NCBI RefSeq assembly: GCF_013623775.1
Contig: NZ_JABFAM010000010.1
Location: forward strand, 157,550 to 189,549
Direction of reading: 5' to 3'
From: Rufibacter sp. XAAS-G3-1
Lineage (GTDB): Bacteria; Bacteroidota; Bacteroidia; Cytophagales; Hymenobacteraceae
DNA: 32,000 nt
Positions within the stretch are counted from its first letter, which is position 1. Every line of letters starts with the position of its first letter. This document shows positions 23,920 to 31,200 of the stretch, in pieces. A model generated the notes under the pieces. That model did no database searches. It was not told the DNA's origin and worked only from the letters and a program-made list of their open reading frames with translations. The translations under genes were made by a program, and so were the position numbers.

Positions 23920-26263
23920 CCTCGCCCCTACAGAACCCGCGGTAAAGCTTCTCATTGTGGATGACGATGAGGTAGACCGGATGATTATACAACGGTCACT
24001 GAGAACGGCCCGGGTAGAAGCTTCCATCAAAACCGCCGCCCTGGGAACTGATGCGCTGACTGCCTTGGAGCAGGAAACGTTTGATTTCATTTTCATTGAC
24101 TTCATGCTGCCCGACATGAACGGCCTGGAACTTCTGCAGGAGATACGGGAAAAGGGTATTACCACCCCGGTATTGATTGTGACCTCCCAGGGCGATGAGC
24201 GCATAGCCGTGGAAGCCATTAAAACCGGGGCCTCAGACTATCTGCCCAAGACCTTGCTCACCCCCGAAGGCATCTCCAAAAGCATCAGGTCGGCCATCCG
24301 GCTGCACAGAATAGAACAGGAGCGGCTGCAGACCCAGGAACAACTGGCCAACACCCAGAAGCAACTGGAAACCGTTATCAACGGCGCCCCCATTATCCTC
24401 TGGGCCACTGACCAGAACGGCATCTTCACCATGACGCGCGGCAAAGGGGTTTACCTTATTGGCAAAGAAGAGCATGAATCTGTAGGCCTTTCCATTTTTG
24501 ACGTTTACCAGGACTACCCCAGTATTACCAAATGCGTCCACCACACGTTAAAGGGGCACAAAGCCATGTGCACGGTGAACATCAAAGGCGTCTGGTTTGA
24601 CTGCCTTTTTCTGCCGTTAAGAAGTGCCACCAATGAGATGAACGGCATTATTGGCGTGTGCTACAACATATCTGAGCGCATCCAGATTGAAGAGGAGCTG
24701 AAAAGGGCCAAAGACGAAGCCCTGAGCATGGCGCAGGTGAAAGAGCAGTTTTTGGCCAACATGAGCCACGAGATCAGAACGCCCATGAACGGTATTCTGG
24801 GTTTAACCGAAATTTTGGCAAAAACCCCCTTAAACGAAGAACAAAAAGAATACCTGCAGGGCATCCATACCTCGGCCAATAACCTGATGGTGATCATCAA
24901 TGATCTGCTTGATTTCTCAAAGATAGAGGCCGGTAAAATCACGTTTGAGGTCATCCCCTTCAACGTACAGCAATTGGTCAAACAACTGCTGGATGTGCTG
25001 GAGATAAAAGCCAGGGAACGGCAAAACACCTTGAAGATTCTCTTTGACCAAGACATTCCGCCCTTGGTGGAAGGCGATCCGTTCCGGCTGGGGCAGATCC
25101 TCAACAACCTTCTGGGAAACGCCATCAAGTTCACCCAGCAAGGCACCGTGCGGCTGAATGTGGAGGTAATTGCCCAGGCAGAAAACCAGTTGCAGCTTGA
25201 ATTCACCGTGCAGGATACCGGCATTGGCATCCCCGAAGAGAAACTGGATACCATCTTTGAGAAATTCACCCAGGGCAGCAATGACACCACCCGCAAGTTT
25301 GGCGGTACCGGGCTGGGCCTTTCCATTGCCAAAGAACTGGTGGAGGCGCAGGGCGGCCATATTACGGTGGAAAGCAAAGTCAACCAGGGCAGCACCTTCC
25401 GTTTTGTGCTTCCTTTTCAGAAAATAGACGCAAAACCAGACCAAACCCTCCCCTCCCCCCCGCTCCCAAGCCCGCCCCTCCACGTACTCCGGAACGCCCG
25501 GGTCTTACTGGCCGAAGATAATCTGGTGAACCAGATGCTGGTATCCAAGGTACTGCGCGACCAGGAGGTGGAAGTGACCATGGTCAATGACGGAAAGGAA
25601 GCCCTAGACCTGCTGGCCCAGGAACCGTTTGACCTTATCTTGATGGACATGCAGATGCCCGAGGTAGACGGATATGAGGCCATGCAGCACATACGCGAGC
25701 ACATGCCCGCCCATAAACACATTCCCATCATTGCCTTAACGGCGCACGCCTCTCAGGGCGAGTTCAACCGATGCCTGGCCTCCGGGGCCAATTCCTATAT
25801 CTCCAAACCGTTCAAAGAAGAGGAACTGCTCCAGGAGATTGCCACTTTGCTTCAGGCCAAAGCCCGGGTAAAACCTACCCCCTCGCCAGTTTCCCCGCCA
25901 AGGGAAGTAGAGATAGACCTTACCTATCTGGAAAGCTTCGCGAACGGAAACACTGAGTTCATGCGCGACATTCTCAAGCTGTTCATTGAGCAGACGCCGC
26001 GTCTGGTGCAGGAGTTAGCCAAGGCCGTTTCGCGCTTTAATTGGGCCGAGGCCCGAACCATTGCCCACAAGATCAGGCCCTCCATCTCGTTGGTGGGCAT
26101 CCAGCAATTGGAGGACTTAAACAACACCATTGAACACTCTGCCCAGAACCGTACCCATTTAGATCAACTACCGGCACTAGTAAACCAGTTGGTCACTTTG
26201 GTTGATCGCTCCATTGAACAGTTAAAGCACGAACTGGAGCATCTGCAAGGCAAACCGGTATAA
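23903..26263 (+). CDS. Hybrid sensor kinase REC-PAS-HisKA-HATPase-REC-HPt
   Basis: 786 aa. N-terminal REC (LLIVDDDEVD...FIDFMLPDMNG); PAS-like segment (ILWATDQNGIFT); H-box SHEIRTPMNGILG; DTGIGI and GGTGLGLSI; second REC (VLLAEDN...ILMDMQMPEVDG...ISKP); C-terminal HPt (IAHKIRPSISLVG). It has a TTG start and overlaps the previous gene by 17 nt. Confidence 0.9.
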   Translation: MNSPTNLAPTEPAVKLLIVDDDEVDRMIIQRSLRTARVEASIKTAALGTDALTALEQETFDFIFIDFMLPDMNGLELLQEIREKGITTPVLIVTSQGDERIAVEAIKTGASDYLPKTLLTPEGISKSIRSAIRLHRIEQERLQTQEQLANTQKQLETVINGAPIILWATDQNGIFTMTRGKGVYLIGKEEHESVGLSIFDVYQDYPSITKCVHHTLKGHKAMCTVNIKGVWFDCLFLPLRSATNEMNGIIGVCYNISERIQIEEELKRAKDEALSMAQVKEQFLANMSHEIRTPMNGILGLTEILAKTPLNEEQKEYLQGIHTSANNLMVIINDLLDFSKIEAGKITFEVIPFNVQQLVKQLLDVLEIKARERQNTLKILFDQDIPPLVEGDPFRLGQILNNLLGNAIKFTQQGTVRLNVEVIAQAENQLQLEFTVQDTGIGIPEEKLDTIFEKFTQGSNDTTRKFGGTGLGLSIAKELVEAQGGHITVESKVNQGSTFRFVLPFQKIDAKPDQTLPSPPLPSPPLHVLRNARVLLAEDNLVNQMLVSKVLRDQEVEVTMVNDGKEALDLLAQEPFDLILMDMQMPEVDGYEAMQHIREHMPAHKHIPIIALTAHASQGEFNRCLASGANSYISKPFKEEELLQEIATLLQAKARVKPTPSPVSPPREVEIDLTYLESFANGNTEFMRDILKLFIEQTPRLVQELAKAVSRFNWAEARTIAHKIRPSISLVGIQQLEDLNNTIEHSAQNRTHLDQLPALVNQLVTLVDRSIEQLKHELEHLQGKPV

Positions 26264-26273
26264 AATAAATCTG

Positions 26274-26318
26274 CTTGGTTTTCAGGCCGATTTTAAGAAA
26301 TTAGCCTAAAAACCAAGC
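26274..26318. repeat. Variant copy of the dispersed palindrome
   Basis: gcttggttttcaggccgatttt-aag-aaattagcctaaaaaccaagc. The outer 15 bp are complementary with one mismatch. It starts 11 nt after the stop at 26263. Confidence 0.65.
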
Positions 26319-26335
26319 CAATAAAAACCCACGCC

Positions 26336-26857
26336 ATGAACACGCAACTTCAAACCCTTTTTCAGCAGCTGGAAAAACAGCGGGAAAAATTCAGTTCATG
26401 GGTGGCGAACGCTCCGGCTTCTGCGCAGCACCAGCAACCTGCCCCAGACCAATGGTCGGCGGCGCAGGTGCTGTACCATTTAGCCCAGGTAGACAAACAG
26501 GTGGTAGCGGCCTTGGAGAAGCGAGTGGCCAGCGGCAAACCCCTGCGGCCGCTTCGCTGGAGTACCCGTTTCAGGTCTGTTTTACTGAATCTAGCCCTAA
26601 AACTGCCTATCAGATTCAAAGCCCCGGCCGCCGTGCGTGACGTTCCAGACCAGGTGCAGGTGGCCCAGGTCATTACCCAGTGGCAAGAGACAAGGGCGCG
26701 GCTTCATGCGTTTCTCGCGTCTTTTCCAGAAGGTCAGCTGAACAGAGAGGTCTTTTTCCATCCCCGTTCCGGGATGATCACCCTGCCCCAAACGCTCCGC
26801 TTTCTGCTAGAGCACACCCACCACCACCGAAGACAGATGCGGAGGCTTCTTTCCTAG
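26336..26857 (+). CDS. DinB-family (DinB_2) metal-dependent four-helix-bundle protein
   Basis: 173 aa with WSAAQVLYHL, FFHPRSGMITL and LEHTHHHRRQM, the His-triad pattern typical of the DinB superfamily. Confidence 0.8.
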   Translation: MNTQLQTLFQQLEKQREKFSSWVANAPASAQHQQPAPDQWSAAQVLYHLAQVDKQVVAALEKRVASGKPLRPLRWSTRFRSVLLNLALKLPIRFKAPAAVRDVPDQVQVAQVITQWQETRARLHAFLASFPEGQLNREVFFHPRSGMITLPQTLRFLLEHTHHHRRQMRRLLS

Positions 26858-26929
26858 CTCTCCTTGCGTATCTTTGCAGCCCTTCTGCCGGGAAACGGCG
26901 TACATACTCATTCAACCGTAAACTTGCCC

Positions 26930-27415
26930 ATGGCTGACTCAACCCCGTCCAAAGAAAACTTCATGCGCGAAGCCATCCGGCTTTCCGTTGAGAAAATGAA
27001 GGAAGGCAAAGGCGGCCCCTTTGGGGCCGTGGTGGTGAAAAACGGCGAGATCATTGCCCGGGGCTTCAACAACGTCACCTCCAGCAACGACCCCACGGCC
27101 CACGCTGAGGTAGACGCCATCCGGAAAGCCTGCCAGGTGCTGGGCACCTTCCAACTCACCGGCTGTGAGCTCTACACCAGCTGCGAACCCTGCCCCATGT
27201 GCCTGGGCGCCATCTACTGGGCCCGGCCCGACAAAGTGTACTATGGCAACACCAAAGCAGACGCCGCCGCCGTCGGGTTTGACGACGCCTTCATCTACGA
27301 AGAACTGGAACTCCCCCTCCACTCCCGCTCCCTTTCCATGGAACAGCTCCTGCACCACGAAGCCCTAGAAGGATTCAAAGAATGGGAAAAGCACGAAGGC
27401 CGTACGGAGTATTAG
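26930..27415 (+). CDS. CDA-fold nucleoside/guanine deaminase
   Basis: From the ATG at 26930. The zinc motifs are HAEVDAIRKA and CEPCPMCLGAIYWA. Size and layout resemble GuaD/TadA-like deaminases; the substrate cannot be told from sequence alone. Confidence 0.85.
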   Translation: MADSTPSKENFMREAIRLSVEKMKEGKGGPFGAVVVKNGEIIARGFNNVTSSNDPTAHAEVDAIRKACQVLGTFQLTGCELYTSCEPCPMCLGAIYWARPDKVYYGNTKADAAAVGFDDAFIYEELELPLHSRSLSMEQLLHHEALEGFKEWEKHEGRTEY

Positions 27416-27517
27416 CGGTTGGCTAGGGCTGTGGAGGTTGAGCAGCTGAGCCCCACCCCAGACAAATAGAAACACCTGGTATGAATATTCAGTATCTTTG
27501 GGTAGAAGAAAACAACA

Positions 27518-28435
27518 ATGGCTGAGTTCACGGAAAGATACATCAACCCGTTCACCGACTACGGTTTCAAGAAGCTGTTCGGGGAAGAGCCCAACAAGGA
27601 TTTGCTGCTGGACTTCCTGAACGTGCTCCTGCAGGAGGAACAGGGCGAAATCATAGACTTAACGTACCTGAAGAGCGAACACCTGGGAACGGGCGAACTG
27701 GACAGGAAAGCCATCTTCGACCTGTACTGCGAGAACGAGAGAGGCGAGAAGTTCATCGTGGAGCTGCAGAAGACCAAGCAGAACTTCTTCAAGGACAGGA
27801 CGGTCTACTACTCCACCTTCCCCATCAGGGAGCAGGCCAAGCGGGCCGACTGGAACTACGAGCTGAAGGCGGTCTACACCATCGCCATCCTGGACTTCGT
27901 GTTCGACGAGGACAAGCAAGACCCCGCCAAGTTCCGGTATGACATCAAACTCTCTGACACCGAAACAAAAGAGGTGTTCTACGACAAACTCACCTTCATC
28001 TACCTGGAGATGCCCAAGTTCAACAAGACCATTGAGGAGCTGGAGACCAGGTTTGACAAGTGGCTGTACGTGATCCGGAACCTGAACCGGCTGGACAAGG
28101 TGCCCGAGAAGCTGCGGGAACGGGTCTTCGAGAAGCTGTTTGAGACGGCCGAGATAGCCAAATTCACCCCAGAACAGATCCGCTCCTACGAGGACAGCCT
28201 GAAGTATTACCGCGACATGAAGAACTCGCTGGACACCGCCAGGGAAGAAGGATTGTTGGAGGGAATAGAGAAGGGAATAGAGAAGGGAATAGAAAAAGGA
28301 ATAGAAGAAGGGAAGATGGTGGTAGCCGTTGAAATGATAAAGGCGAAGGAGCCTCTTGAAAAGATAATGCGGTTCACAGGTCTGTCACGTGAGCAAGTGG
28401 AGGAACTGAAAACAAACCAGCGTAACCACTCCTGA
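27518..28435 (+). CDS. Rpn/YhgA-like PD-(D/E)XK recombination-promoting nuclease / putative transposase family protein
   Basis: 305 aa. The N-terminus YINPFTDYGFKKLFGEE and the core IFDLYCENERGEKFIVELQK (D...E.Q/K) match the Bacteroidetes PDDEXK putative-transposase family. The C-terminal tail carries (GIEK)3GIEE. Confidence 0.8.
   Translation: MAEFTERYINPFTDYGFKKLFGEEPNKDLLLDFLNVLLQEEQGEIIDLTYLKSEHLGTGELDRKAIFDLYCENERGEKFIVELQKTKQNFFKDRTVYYSTFPIREQAKRADWNYELKAVYTIAILDFVFDEDKQDPAKFRYDIKLSDTETKEVFYDKLTFIYLEMPKFNKTIEELETRFDKWLYVIRNLNRLDKVPEKLRERVFEKLFETAEIAKFTPEQIRSYEDSLKYYRDMKNSLDTAREEGLLEGIEKGIEKGIEKGIEEGKMVVAVEMIKAKEPLEKIMRFTGLSREQVEELKTNQRNHS
28262..28309 (+). repeat. In-frame 12-bp tandem repeat x4 (GIEK GIEK GIEK GIEE) inside the Rpn-like gene
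   Basis: ggaatagagaag ggaatagagaag ggaatagaaaaa ggaatagaagaa. The repeat is in phase with the CDS: (28262-27518) is divisible by 3. Confidence 0.9.
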
Positions 28436-28464
28436 AAAGCGTAGAAACGCATTCATCAGCCCAT

Positions 28465-28500
28465 GATGTTGGATTGCTGATTGTTGGATTGCTGATTGTT
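28465..28500. repeat. 15-bp tandem repeat (about 2.4 copies) just downstream of the Rpn-like gene
   Basis: gatgttggattgct / gattgttggattgct / gattgtt. Confidence 0.85.
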
Positions 28501-28530
28501 ACCGACGGTGAGTTGCCTTTCTAATTAAAA

Positions 28531-28567
28531 ATCTGTAAGCGCGCGTTTGTAACGCGTGCTTACAGAT
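28531..28567. other. 15-bp-stem hairpin; a T-run is present only on the minus strand
   Basis: atctgtaagcgcgcg-tttgtaa-cgcgtgcttacagat with one G-U pair. The plus strand is preceded by aaaa (a U-run if read on the minus strand). Confidence 0.5.
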
Positions 28568-28763
28568 GCTGGGTAGTCTGGAGGCTACCCTCGTTGCCCG
28601 GCAGCGAAAACGGCATTACTGGTCTACTCCCTGGGCACCAGAACCAAAAGCTGGCCTCTTCGCCGTACCTCTTTTGACCCACTTTCCAGAAAAGAAGCCC
28701 AAAACCAACATAGCCTTGTAGTGACTTCTGCCGTAGTTAAAAGCTCAACCTAAGCTTTACCCT

Positions 28764-29522
28764 ATGGAAAAGAATGTCCCCACCTACCTGAGCTTCCTGG
28801 CCATTCTGCTACTGTTCGGTTGCGGCGGCGGCAACACAGACTCCAACGTGCAAGCCCCCGGCGGCGAGAAAACCACCAAAACCAAAGTGCTGGAAGCCGG
28901 GGCCGATGTGCTGCAAAAGAAAACCCCGCTCTCCAAAATAGATGCCTACCTCAACGGGTTCCACTTCTACAACGGCAACCTGGAGGGACAGATGGAAGCC
29001 CACCACTACGTGACCCAACTCAACGAAGACCTGCACCAGGCGCTCATGTATGACGGCAACGGCGAGAATGCCAAACTGATGGGTGTGGAGTACATCATCT
29101 CTGAGAAACTCTTCAAAACCCTGCCCCTGGAGGAACGCAAACTCTGGCACAGCCACCACTACGAAGTCAAATCAGGGGAGCTGATTGCGCCCGGAATTCC
29201 GGCCGTGGCCGAGCATGAGCTGATGGAGAAACTGGTGAGCACCTACGGCAAGATCTTCCACACCTGGCACACCGACCGTGATTTGGAACTTCCGCTGGGC
29301 AGCCCCATGCTCATGATGGGCTTCACCAAAGACGGCCAACTGAACCCAGAACTGCTGGCCGACCGGGACAAACGCTTCAACGTCTCCACGGCAGAAAAAC
29401 GGAAACAGCGTGCAGACATTCCCCTGCTTACTGTAGTGGAAGGCGCTAATGCCTGGGAAAAAGGCGACGTGCGCCAACTACAGTTCACGAACAAATACGA
29501 GGCCCCCGAGCACCAGCACTAG
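28764..29522 (+). CDS. DUF1264 (OBAP-like) family lipoprotein
   Basis: 252 aa with the lipobox-like signal LLFGC. MGVEYIISEKLFKTLPLEERKLWHSHHYEVKSGELIAPG matches my recollection of the DUF1264 signature (GVEYIIS...LWHSH.YEVKSG). Confidence 0.65.
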   Translation: MEKNVPTYLSFLAILLLFGCGGGNTDSNVQAPGGEKTTKTKVLEAGADVLQKKTPLSKIDAYLNGFHFYNGNLEGQMEAHHYVTQLNEDLHQALMYDGNGENAKLMGVEYIISEKLFKTLPLEERKLWHSHHYEVKSGELIAPGIPAVAEHELMEKLVSTYGKIFHTWHTDRDLELPLGSPMLMMGFTKDGQLNPELLADRDKRFNVSTAEKRKQRADIPLLTVVEGANAWEKGDVRQLQFTNKYEAPEHQH

Positions 29523-29560
29523 CGTTTTAGGCCTACTTTCCCAAAAACAGCCTCAAAACG
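29523..29560. repeat. Dispersed palindromic repeat starting at the first base after a stop codon
   Basis: cgttttaggcctactttc-cc-aaaaacagcctcaaaacg. Confidence 0.7.
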
Positions 29561-29591
29561 AAAGGCCCACCCCAATTTGGAGCGGGCCTTT
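29561..29591. terminator. Bidirectional hairpin between the convergent DUF1264 gene and ffh
   Basis: aaaggccc(a)c / g(c)gggccttt form a stem of 9 bp with one mismatch. A/T runs flank it on both sides. Confidence 0.5.
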
Positions 29592-29643
29592 CTATGAATC
29601 AAGCGGTTAGTCCACTAATAACTCATAACCAACCACTACACTA

Positions 29644-30981
29644 CTATCGTTTTCCCATCATGCTGCCCAGCTTGGCCAGACCGCCTTTGGTGCCGGCCAT
29701 CTTGTTCATGCTCTTCATCATTTTGCGCATGTCATTGAACTGCTTCATGAGGTTGTTTACCTGCTGAATGGTAGTGCCGGAACCCTTCGCAATACGGTTA
29801 CGGCGGCTGCCAGAAATCATATCTGGGTTCTGGCGTTCTTCCTTGGTCATGGATTTGATGATGGCTTCAATCGGGGCGAAGGCGCTTTCGTCAATGTCCA
29901 CGTCTTTCAGCATTTTGCTCACACCGGGGATCATGCCCACCAAGTCTTTGATATCGCCCATCCGCTTGATTTGCTCCAACTGCGACAGGAAGTCATCAAA
30001 GTTGAACTGGTTTTTACGGATGTTCTTGTTGATACGCTTGGCCTCATCCTCGTCAAAGGTCTGTTGCGCACGCTCTACCAACGAGATGACGTCTCCCATG
30101 CCTAAAATACGCTGGGCCATCCGGTCTGGGTAGAACAGGTCCAGGGCTTCCATTTTCTCGCCGGTAGAGATGAACTTGATAGGTTTCTCCACTACGGCTC
30201 TGATGGAAAGAGCGGCTCCACCACGGGAATCACCGTCCAGTTTGGTCAACACCACGCCGTCAAAGTTAATGCGCTCGTTGAAGGTTTTGGCGGTGTTCAC
30301 GGCATCCTGCCCCGTCATGGAATCTACCACAAACAAGGTCTCAGTAGGTCTAATGGCCTCCTTGATGTCATAAATCTCCTGCATCATCGCCTCATCCACG
30401 GCCAGACGACCGGCGGTGTCAATGATGACCACTTTCTTGCCGGTGCGCTTGGCGTGCTCCACGGCATTACGGGCAATAGAAACCGGGTCTTTGGATTCGC
30501 GTTCGGCGTAGAAGTCTACCCCAACTTGCTCGGCCAAGACGTTCAACTGGTCAATCGCGGCGGGGCGGTACACGTCGCAGGCAGCTACCAGAACGCCTTT
30601 GCCTTGTCTTTTCAGGAAATTAGCCAGTTTACCGGTGAAGGTGGTTTTACCGGAACCTTGCAGGCCGGCAATAAGCACAATCGCGGGCGAGCCGTTGATG
30701 TTGATGTCCTGCTTCTCGCCACCCATCAACTCGGTGAGTTCTTCGTGCACAATCTTTACCATCAGTTGGCCCGGCGAGACGGCAATCAGCACGTCGCGGC
30801 CCATGGCCTCGTCCTTGATTTTGTCGGTCACGGTTTTGGCCACCTTGTAGTTCACGTCGGCGTCCACCAGGGCGCGGCGCACTTCTTTTATGGTTTGGGC
30901 GACGTTGATTTCAGTGATGCTGCCCTGGCCCTTCAGGGTTTTAAAGGCACGGTCTAGCTTGGTACTTAAATTCTCAAACAT
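29644..30981 (-). CDS. ffh: Signal recognition particle protein Ffh
   Basis: 445 aa. The NG domain has GLQGSGKTT, DTAGR and TKLDGD. The C-terminal M domain is Met-rich (MRKMMKSMNKM...MMGKR). Confidence 0.95.
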   Translation of the reverse strand: MFENLSTKLDRAFKTLKGQGSITEINVAQTIKEVRRALVDADVNYKVAKTVTDKIKDEAMGRDVLIAVSPGQLMVKIVHEELTELMGGEKQDININGSPAIVLIAGLQGSGKTTFTGKLANFLKRQGKGVLVAACDVYRPAAIDQLNVLAEQVGVDFYAERESKDPVSIARNAVEHAKRTGKKVVIIDTAGRLAVDEAMMQEIYDIKEAIRPTETLFVVDSMTGQDAVNTAKTFNERINFDGVVLTKLDGDSRGGAALSIRAVVEKPIKFISTGEKMEALDLFYPDRMAQRILGMGDVISLVERAQQTFDEDEAKRINKNIRKNQFNFDDFLSQLEQIKRMGDIKDLVGMIPGVSKMLKDVDIDESAFAPIEAIIKSMTKEERQNPDMISGSRRNRIAKGSGTTIQQVNNLMKQFNDMRKMMKSMNKMAGTKGGLAKLGSMMGKR

Positions 30982-31027
30982 GTGGGATATATGACTGAGT
31001 GAATTGTTTTTCAGTGAGTGACAAAGA

Positions 31028-31035
31028 CAAAAATA
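31028..31035 (-). promoter_or_regulatory. Candidate -7 box TAttTTTG upstream of ffh
   Basis: The minus strand reads TATTTTTG, 46 nt upstream of the ffh ATG (30981). No clear -33 TTG was seen. Confidence 0.3.
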
Positions 31036-31115
31036 CGCAGAATTTGCGGAAGTTCACCATCTTTTAGCCGCAGGTACGTATATTCGGACTTGACTATACA
31101 AGAACGCGGCGTCAG

Positions 31116-31155
31116 CTGTTTTGGCCCTGTTTTACCTGAAACACCCTAGAAACAG
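31116..31155. repeat. Dispersed palindromic repeat, degenerate full copy
   Basis: ctgttttggccctgtttta-cctg-aaacaccctagaaacag. Confidence 0.6.
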
Positions 31156-31200
31156 ATTCCGTTCGTTCTCTAGTATCCATCACCTGAAGATAAGAAGCCC

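Noticed and set aside
24661-25483. 244-aa and 188-aa minus-strand ORFs inside the hybrid kinase gene.
   Set aside because: Both are antisense shadows of a gene with complete H, N and G boxes, and they have no motifs of their own.
28262-28500. Tandem repeats (12 bp x4 and 15 bp x2.4) considered as a mini CRISPR or satellite array.
   Set aside because: The units are contiguous without spacers. The first repeat is in-frame coding sequence (GIEK repeats) and the second is only about 36 bp long.
12636-28567. The hairpins at 12636-12678 and 28531-28567 share the 8-mer TGTAAGCG / CGCTTACA in their arms (compare cataagcgc in the 2800-2819 arm), hinting at a second repeat family.
   Set aside because: An 8-mer match is expected about once by chance in 32 kb on two strands, and the rest of the arms do not align. 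This is too weak without a genome-wide search.
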